Shown here piece after piece: positions 8,879-15,008 of a stretch of 15,008 bases of DNA. This stretch comes from Campylobacterota bacterium (lineage in GTDB: Bacteria; Campylobacterota; Campylobacteria; Campylobacterales; Sulfurimonadaceae), in NCBI GenBank assembly GCA_034661055.1, contig JAYEKO010000049.1, positions 1 to 15,008 of the forward strand, written 5' to 3'. Every line of letters begins with the position of its first letter. Position 1 is the stretch's first letter. The notes under the pieces are model-generated. The model saw only the letters and a list, made by a program, of their open reading frames with translations, did no database searches and was not told where the DNA came from. Made by a program: the position numbers and the translations under genes.

Positions 8879-8952
8879 GATATATCCTTTGGTTTGATTG
8901 TAGTAAGTGTAAGTAAATCAAATGTAATAAATTATTAGTTACTCTTGCACTT

Positions 8953-9843
8953 ATGAAACAAGCTATTAGCAATTTAGATACCGGTGTCAAATATATGCTT
9001 ATTGCATCACTCCTCTTTGCAGTTATGGGTGCTTTTGCAAAGCTTTCAAGTGACTATATGAGTTCACTTGAAGTTGTTTTTTTTAGAAATGTATTTGGTG
9101 TTGTACTTGTAGGAATTACTATTTTAAAAAGTCCACTACAGCAAAAAGGTGGACGACCTTTTTTACTCTTTTTTCGTGGTTTTATGGGCTTTGTGGCACT
9201 CTTGGCATTTTTTTATAATATTGCACATATTCCTTTAGGTGATGCAATGACATTTTCTAAAACATCTCCAATTTTCACTGCTGTGTTTGCCTATTTTCTT
9301 CTTAATGAAAAGCTTTCAATTAAGGGATGGATCGGCATTTTTATTGGATTTATTGGAATTATTCTCATCACTAAACCAACAGGATTAACCTTTAGTAAAA
9401 CGGATATTTTAGGAGTTTTCAGTGGTGTTGGTGCTGCGTTGGCTTATACTTCGGTTAGAGAGCTTAGAAGTTATTATGACACCCGTGTTATTGTACTCTC
9501 TTTTATGAGTGTTGGGACTATTGGACCACTTTCACTACTTCTTTTATCGGAATATATTACCCTAGATTCTCTTGATTTTATGTTAGGCAAATTTGTAATG
9601 CCTCACGGTATTGTCTGGGTTTATATTGTGGGTATGGGACTGTTTGCAACCTTTGCACAACTCTATATGACTAAAGCTTATGGAGCATCTAAAGCTGGAA
9701 TTGTTGGTGCAGTAAGCTACACAAATATTCTTTTTTCAATTTTAATTGGAGTGATGCTAGGCGATACTTTTCCTGATCTATGGACTTCAGCAGGCATTAT
9801 TTTAATTGTAACAGCAGGACTAATGGCTGCCAAGGCAAAATAA
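8953..9843 (+). CDS. DMT/EamA family transporter
   Basis: About ten hydrophobic segments in two EamA halves: EVVFFRN, FFRG, SPIFTA..AYFLLNEKL, and TKAY...A..VG. Such a gene precedes kdsA in Campylobacter (recalled). Confidence 0.9.
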   Translation: MKQAISNLDTGVKYMLIASLLFAVMGAFAKLSSDYMSSLEVVFFRNVFGVVLVGITILKSPLQQKGGRPFLLFFRGFMGFVALLAFFYNIAHIPLGDAMTFSKTSPIFTAVFAYFLLNEKLSIKGWIGIFIGFIGIILITKPTGLTFSKTDILGVFSGVGAALAYTSVRELRSYYDTRVIVLSFMSVGTIGPLSLLLLSEYITLDSLDFMLGKFVMPHGIVWVYIVGMGLFATFAQLYMTKAYGASKAGIVGAVSYTNILFSILIGVMLGDTFPDLWTSAGIILIVTAGLMAAKAK

Positions 9844-9845
9844 GG

Positions 9846-9851
9846 TATAAT
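9846..9851 (+). promoter_or_regulatory. Putative -10 box (ggTATAAT) for the kdsA-ribH-nusB operon
   Basis: Perfect TATAAT directly after the EamA stop and 38 nt upstream of the kdsA ATG; AGGA SD before the ATG. Confidence 0.55.
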
Positions 9852-9889
9852 CTATTTTTTAAAGAAATAGGTATCTATTAGGAATAATT

Positions 9890-10684
9890 ATGATTTTACT
9901 ATCAGGGCCATGTGTTATTGAGAGTGAGGAAAATCTTTTTAAGATTGCTGCTTCACTTAAAAAATACCATGAAAATGAACAATTCGATTTTTACTTTAAA
10001 GCGAGCTTTGACAAGGCTAACCGTACTTCACTCGATAGCTTTAGAGGACCTGGACTCCAAGAGGGTTTGCGACTACTGCAAAAAGTTAAAGATGAGTTTG
10101 GTTATAAAATTGTAACCGACATTCATGAGAGCCATCAGGTTCCCGCTGTTGCTGAAGTGGTAGATATGTTACAGATTCCGGCATTTTTATGTCGCCAAAC
10201 AGACCTATTGGTTGCTGCGGCCAAAACCAATAAAATAGTCAATATTAAAAAGGGTCAGTTTATGAACCCTAACGATATGCAGTATTCAGTTTTAAAAATT
10301 CTAAAGACACGTGGTTGCGATGAAGTTAGTTTTGACAATGCTCAGAAGCACGGTGTTTTATTAACAGAACGTGGCTCATCATTTGGCTATGGCAACATGG
10401 TAGTAGATATGCGCTCGCTTGTTATTATGAGAGCATTCGCACCGGTACTTTTTGATTCTACACACTCTGTTCAGATGCCAGGAAGTGGCGGTGGAACTAC
10501 CGGTGGTGATAGCACGATGATTCCCTACCTAAGTAGAGCAGCTGCGGCTGTTGGCGTTGATGGTTTCTTTTTTGAGACACACTTTGATCCATCTATTGCG
10601 CTAAGTGACGGACCAAACATGATCACGTTAGATAAGCTAGAGAGTCTTACAGAGACATTAATTAAAATTGAAAATATAAAATAA
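9890..10684 (+). CDS. kdsA: 3-deoxy-8-phosphooctulonate (KDO8P) synthase
   Basis: [48 protein letters not shown] and LSDGPN motifs. The Cys and His ligands of the metal-dependent class are present. Confidence 0.97.
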   Translation: MILLSGPCVIESEENLFKIAASLKKYHENEQFDFYFKASFDKANRTSLDSFRGPGLQEGLRLLQKVKDEFGYKIVTDIHESHQVPAVAEVVDMLQIPAFLCRQTDLLVAAAKTNKIVNIKKGQFMNPNDMQYSVLKILKTRGCDEVSFDNAQKHGVLLTERGSSFGYGNMVVDMRSLVIMRAFAPVLFDSTHSVQMPGSGGGTTGGDSTMIPYLSRAAAAVGVDGFFFETHFDPSIALSDGPNMITLDKLESLTETLIKIENIK

Positions 10685-10697
10685 GGATAGAGAGAAC

Positions 10698-11162
10698 ATG
10701 AAGTTAATTGAGGGAAAATTAAAAGTAGTCAACGGAAAGAGAATTGCAATTGTAAGCACACGTTGGAATCACTTTATTGTAGATAGACTAGTTGAGGGTG
10801 CGCAAGACGCTTTTGATCGTCATGGTGGAAATAGTGATGATATCGCTCATGTGTTAGTGCCTGGTGCATTTGAACTTCCAATGATTGTTGATCAGCTTCT
10901 ATCATCAGGTAAATATGATGCAGTATGTGCTTTGGGTGCAGTTATTCGTGGTGCCACACCACACTTTGACTATGTCTCTGCAGAAGCGACTAAAGGTATT
11001 GCTACTATGAGTCTAAAATACCAAAAGCCTGTCTCGTTTGGACTGCTTACAACCGATACTATTGAGCAGGCAATTGAGCGCGCAGGAACCAAAGCTGGAA
11101 ATAAAGGCTTTGAAGCGATGACTACTGTTATTGAAATGCTAGATCTTTACGAGAACCTATAA
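10698..11162 (+). CDS. ribH: 6,7-dimethyl-8-ribityllumazine synthase
   Basis: [23 protein letters not shown] and [24 protein letters not shown]. Confidence 0.97.
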   Translation: MKLIEGKLKVVNGKRIAIVSTRWNHFIVDRLVEGAQDAFDRHGGNSDDIAHVLVPGAFELPMIVDQLLSSGKYDAVCALGAVIRGATPHFDYVSAEATKGIATMSLKYQKPVSFGLLTTDTIEQAIERAGTKAGNKGFEAMTTVIEMLDLYENL

Positions 11163-11560
11163 TGGCGACACGTCATCATGCAAGAATGGCTGTAGTTAGC
11201 CTACTATACGCTTTTGATTTAGGAAACCAATCTATTGGTGAATACTGCGATGAGATCTTAGAAGAGAAGAAAATTCGTAATAAACAGCGTGATTTTGCAC
11301 TGAATCTTTTTCGTGGTGTTATGGATCAACTTGAGACCATAGATAAAGCAATTGTTACACACCTAAAAGATTGGGATTTCGAACGACTTGGCTCTATTGA
11401 GAGAGCAACACTACGTTTAGGTGCTTATGAGATCTTAAATACAGAACTTGACTCTGCTGTTATTATTAATGAAGCTATTGAAGTGGCCAAAGCATTTGGA
11501 ACAGAACAGTCTCCAAAATTTATTAACGGTGTTTTAGACGCTATCGCAAAAGATAAATAA
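11162..11560 (+). CDS. nusB: Transcription antitermination factor NusB
   Basis: RHHAR, W..ERLG.IERATLRLGAYE, INEAIE.AK.FG and FINGVLD; TAATG 1-nt overlap with ribH. Confidence 0.96.
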   Translation: MATRHHARMAVVSLLYAFDLGNQSIGEYCDEILEEKKIRNKQRDFALNLFRGVMDQLETIDKAIVTHLKDWDFERLGSIERATLRLGAYEILNTELDSAVIINEAIEVAKAFGTEQSPKFINGVLDAIAKDK

Positions 11561-11568
11561 GCAGTATA

Positions 11569-13947
11569 ATGAGACTCTTTTGGCTGCTTTTTACTGCTCT
11601 TATTACGTTTTTACAAGCAGATAATAGCTGTATAGTATGTCACAGTGGCATTGAGAATATTCGTGAACCTCACTCAAAAATGATGCGAGCTATTAAAGAT
11701 GTGGCTTTAAAAGCAGGTCATAGAGATAATGACTGTATTGTCTGTCATGGTGGTAATCCTAGTGGCGATACCATGAAAGAAGCACATAGTGGTACAGTGC
11801 AGTACTTCAAAGGCCATAAAGGACCAAAAGAGTTCTATCCGGCACCGGGTAGCTCTTGGATTAATCAATACACATGTGGACAGTGTCACCAAGAGCAGGT
11901 AGATTCTCAGATGAATTCACTGATGATGACAGAGCAGGGAAAAATTCAGGGGGCACTCTGGAGTTTTGGCGGTAAAGAGGGCTATGAGCATAGTGTTGGT
12001 AACTACATAACTAAAAATCCATCTGATCCACACAAACGTTTAGGAACAGCTAGCTACAGAGCTTACATGGAAAAACTAAAAGCCATGGAGCCTCAGGTTT
12101 TTCCAGATGAGATGACGCAACTTCCACCGCCACCAACTGCTGATGATATTGAAAAAGACCCCTCGCTAGCTGTTTATACTTATCTGCGTCAAGAGTGTTT
12201 ACGTTGTCATACTGGTTCAAAAGGGAGAAGCAAACGTGGTGACTATCGTGGTATTGGCTGTTCATCTTGTCATATTCCGTACTCAAACGAGGGAATTTAT
12301 GAGGGAGCAGATAAGAGTATCTCTAAAGAGCCGGGCCATTTGTTAGTTCACTCTATTCAATCGTCACGCAAGGTCAAAGTAAAAGTACACGATGTTAACT
12401 ACTCTGGTGTTCCTGTTGAGACCTGTTCAACGTGTCATAACCGTGGTAAACGTATTGGCGTCTCCTATCAAGGTCTTATGGAGACTGCTTATGGAGCTAC
12501 CTTTGATGAAGATGGAAATGAGCAGCCAAAACTGCATACCAAGCGTTACTTGCATATGCAAGAGGACATTCATTACCAAAAAGGGATGCTCTGCCAAGAT
12601 TGTCATACCACTAATGACATGCATGGAGACGGTTTTTTAACAGGGGCTAATGCTGCAGCAGTTGAGATTGAGTGTCAAGATTGTCATGGTACGACTAAGG
12701 CTTACCCGTGGGAGTTACCGTTGGGCTACTCTGATGAGTTTAATATCACAAAAACAGCAGGTAAGCCACGAGGTATTGCAACAGATGTTGCGAGCTATTT
12801 GAAAAAAGGTTACGTAGCTAAAAAAGAGGATGGGTATCTTCTGACAGCTCGTGGAAATCCCTACACACATGTAGTTAAAAAAGGCAATAAGGTTCTTGTT
12901 AAACTAGCAAGCGGTAAAGATATCTTAATGTCACCACTTAAAAAGCTTAAAGAAGATGAAAAACTCTCTAAAGAGGGCCTTGTTGCCATGGATCAGATTG
13001 CTGGTCATACAGAGAATATGGAGTGTTACACATGTCATGCAACATGGGCACCACAATGTTATGGTTGTCATGTTAAAATTGATTACTCTGATGGCAAAAA
13101 AAATGTCGATTATCTTGCTGCTTCACATGACCAAGACATTCATGGAACTACTGGTGGTATGCGTGATCTGAAGCAATATCTAGTAGATGGTAAAGTGACG
13201 GAGACTCGTTCATTTTTACGCTGGGAAGATCCGCCACTTTCACAAAATGGTGAAGGGCGTATCTCTCCAACAATTCCAGGGTGTCAAACGACGGTTACTG
13301 TTGTTGGTAAAGAGGGTAAAACCTTATTGAAAAACCATATTTTCAAGGTACCAAATGTTGAGGGGACAGGTGAAGAGGGACAAAATGCTATTGACATGGC
13401 ACCTATTCAACCACATACCATCTCAAAACATTCACGAACCTGTGAGAGTTGTCACAATAGTGACAAAGCTTTAGGTCACGGCATTGATGGTGGAAAAAGT
13501 CGTGGTGATGAGTCTCACGCACTCATTGTTGACTTAATGACAGCAGATGGAAAAATTTTACCCACAATTGTAGATGAGCAGATTCCTGCTATTGCAAATA
13601 TGAAGCATGACTACTCTCGTTTTATTGATGAGAATGGAACACAGCTTCAGACCGTAGGACATCACTTTAAGCTCTCGCAACCACTTAGTGAAAAACAGCG
13701 TGAAAAACTTGACCGTAGAGGTGTCTGCCTCTCCTGTCATGAGAGTATTCCAGATGGTAACTTAGCAGTATCGGCTATGGTTCATGCCGCTGAGATGGCT
13801 AATATTGAGATTGATAATAAAATGCACACTACTATTTTAAGTAAACTACTGCTTTTAGGAGCTTGGGTGCAAGTGTTAGGTGGAGTGTTTGGCGGTTTAG
13901 GTATTGCCTATTTAATTTACATGTATAAAAGAAGAAAACGCAAATGA
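11569..13947 (+). CDS. Dodecaheme c-type cytochrome, periplasmic with a C-terminal membrane anchor
   Basis: 12 CxxCH motifs (CIVCH x2, CGQCH, CLRCH, CSSCH, CSTCH, CQDCH x2, CYTCH, CYGCH, CESCH, CLSCH); N-terminal Sec signal peptide; C-terminal hydrophobic helix followed by KRRKRK. Confidence 0.92.
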   Translation: MRLFWLLFTALITFLQADNSCIVCHSGIENIREPHSKMMRAIKDVALKAGHRDNDCIVCHGGNPSGDTMKEAHSGTVQYFKGHKGPKEFYPAPGSSWINQYTCGQCHQEQVDSQMNSLMMTEQGKIQGALWSFGGKEGYEHSVGNYITKNPSDPHKRLGTASYRAYMEKLKAMEPQVFPDEMTQLPPPPTADDIEKDPSLAVYTYLRQECLRCHTGSKGRSKRGDYRGIGCSSCHIPYSNEGIYEGADKSISKEPGHLLVHSIQSSRKVKVKVHDVNYSGVPVETCSTCHNRGKRIGVSYQGLMETAYGATFDEDGNEQPKLHTKRYLHMQEDIHYQKGMLCQDCHTTNDMHGDGFLTGANAAAVEIECQDCHGTTKAYPWELPLGYSDEFNITKTAGKPRGIATDVASYLKKGYVAKKEDGYLLTARGNPYTHVVKKGNKVLVKLASGKDILMSPLKKLKEDEKLSKEGLVAMDQIAGHTENMECYTCHATWAPQCYGCHVKIDYSDGKKNVDYLAASHDQDIHGTTGGMRDLKQYLVDGKVTETRSFLRWEDPPLSQNGEGRISPTIPGCQTTVTVVGKEGKTLLKNHIFKVPNVEGTGEEGQNAIDMAPIQPHTISKHSRTCESCHNSDKALGHGIDGGKSRGDESHALIVDLMTADGKILPTIVDEQIPAIANMKHDYSRFIDENGTQLQTVGHHFKLSQPLSEKQREKLDRRGVCLSCHESIPDGNLAVSAMVHAAEMANIEIDNKMHTTILSKLLLLGAWVQVLGGVFGGLGIAYLIYMYKRRKRK

Positions 13948-14990
13948 GAATGAGTAAAGAAGAGGCAGTTCGTCTTATTAAAGAGGGCGACCTTAAAGAA
14001 CTTGGAAAGATGGCATCTGCTCGAAAAAAAGAGTTGCATCCTAAAGGTATTACTACTTTTGTAGTAGATAGAAATATTAACTATACCAACATCTGTTGGG
14101 TAGATTGTAAGTTTTGTGCGTTTTACCGACATGAAAAAGATGAAGACGCTTATGTGCTTACTTTTGATGAGATTGATGCAAAAATAGATGAGCTGCTAGA
14201 GATTGGTGGAACACAGATTCTATTTCAAGGTGGAGTACATCCAAAGTTAAAGATTGAGTGGTATGAAGAGCTGGTTGAGCATATACATGTAAAATACCCT
14301 ACAGTAACTATTCATGGTTTTTCTGCCATTGAGATTGACTTTATTGCTAAAGTTTCACGTATTAGTGTTGAAGAGGTTTTAGAGCGTTTACATGCAAAAG
14401 GGCTTGCTTCTATTCCAGGTGCTGGTGCTGAGATTTTAAGTGATGAGGTGCGTGATATTATTGCTCCTAAAAAGATTGATGCTGAAGTGTGGATTGATGT
14501 GCATCGAAAAGCGCACCAATTGGGTATTAAATCGACTGCAACAATGATGTATGGAACTTTAGAGAGTGATGAGGACATTGTAGAGCATTTTGATATGGTA
14601 CGTCGTCTTCAAGATGAGACAGGAGGTTTTCGTGCCTTTATTATGTGGTCATTTCAAGGAGAAAACACAGAGCTGTTACGACTCTTTCCAAATATGGAAA
14701 AACCGTCATCAAACCGCTACTTACGTCTCTTGGCAGTAGCAAGACTCTTTTTAGATAACGTACCTAATATTCAGAGTTCTTGGGTGACACAAGGTCCTTA
14801 TGTTGGGCAGATGGCACTTCATTTTGGAGCAAATGATTTGGGGTCAACGATGATGGAAGAGAATGTAGTCAGTAGTGCAGGCGCGAGTTTTAAGATGGCT
14901 AAAGAGGAGTTGTCGCGACTTATTAGTGACATTGGTGAGACACCGGCAATTCGTAATACAGCGTATGAGACATTGGAGATGCTTGGATGA
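13944..14990 (+). CDS. mqnC: Cyclic dehypoxanthine futalosine synthase MqnC (radical SAM, futalosine menaquinone pathway)
   Basis: VDRNINYTNIC, CWVDCKFC, QGGVHP, SIPGAGAEIL, TATMMYG, LQDETGGFRAFI, NIQSSWVTQG and GANDLGSTMMEENVV. Confidence 0.93.
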   Translation: MRMSKEEAVRLIKEGDLKELGKMASARKKELHPKGITTFVVDRNINYTNICWVDCKFCAFYRHEKDEDAYVLTFDEIDAKIDELLEIGGTQILFQGGVHPKLKIEWYEELVEHIHVKYPTVTIHGFSAIEIDFIAKVSRISVEEVLERLHAKGLASIPGAGAEILSDEVRDIIAPKKIDAEVWIDVHRKAHQLGIKSTATMMYGTLESDEDIVEHFDMVRRLQDETGGFRAFIMWSFQGENTELLRLFPNMEKPSSNRYLRLLAVARLFLDNVPNIQSSWVTQGPYVGQMALHFGANDLGSTMMEENVVSSAGASFKMAKEELSRLISDIGETPAIRNTAYETLEMLG

Positions 14991-15008
14991 GAGCATTTAA
15001 ATTAGTAG
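14987..15008 (+). CDS. Probable 5' end of the next gene (MRAFKLV..., truncated by the window edge)
   Basis: ATGA overlap with the mqnC stop; the frame is open to the end of the window. Only seven codons are visible. Confidence 0.4.

Noticed and set aside
8893..8922. TTGAT...ATCAA as an FNR/Crp-family box
   Set aside because: The half-sites are far more than the canonical 4 nt apart.
8805..8990. 61-aa ORF on - spanning the djlA/EamA spacer
   Set aside because: It overlaps both real gene starts and has no recognisable features.
9852..9870. CTATTT...AAATAG hairpin as a terminator for EamA
   Set aside because: The stem is weak and AT-rich, with no U-tract, and lies just downstream of a likely -10 box.
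10685..10697. FMN riboswitch upstream of ribH
   Set aside because: The kdsA-ribH gap is only 13 nt and holds just an SD.
7542..13947. Barrel plus multiheme cytochrome as a porin-cytochrome extracellular electron transfer conduit
   Set aside because: They lie in different transcription units more than 3 kb apart, the barrel is far too small to be MtrB-like, and the cytochrome appears inner-membrane anchored.
9912..14578. Several 60-88-aa ORFs nested in kdsA, the cytochrome gene and mqnC
   Set aside because: Alternative-frame or antisense shadows of well-supported genes.
1..15008. CRISPR arrays, tRNA/rRNA genes, IS elements, integrases, prophage
   Set aside because: The window is almost fully coding, the largest spacer is 131 bp, and no repeat-spacer pattern, cloverleaf or transposase motif was seen by eye.

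Overview
AT-rich chromosomal window from a Campylobacterota (Epsilonproteobacteria) bacterium, probably Sulfurimonas/Sulfurovum-like. This is inferred from protein character, the EamA-kdsA-ribH-nusB gene order, the futalosine-pathway gene mqnC and TATAAT-type promoters. It is mostly housekeeping: the 3' end of an unknown gene, tilS and rimO on the minus strand, a divergent HI0933/YhiN-family flavoprotein, a DjlA-like co-chaperone, an EamA transporter, kdsA, ribH, nusB and mqnC. Two loci stand out. (1) A two-gene unit encodes a 1264-aa lipoprotein with six tandem ~110-120-aa Ig-like repeats and a non-repetitive C-terminal half, followed 14 nt later by a small outer-membrane beta-barrel. This is a candidate surface-display or adhesin module. 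(2) A stand-alone 792-aa, membrane-anchored c-type cytochrome with 12 CxxCH motifs and one extra unpaired Cys sits between nusB and mqnC, overlapping mqnC at ATGA. No rRNA, tRNA, CRISPR array or mobile element was recognised.
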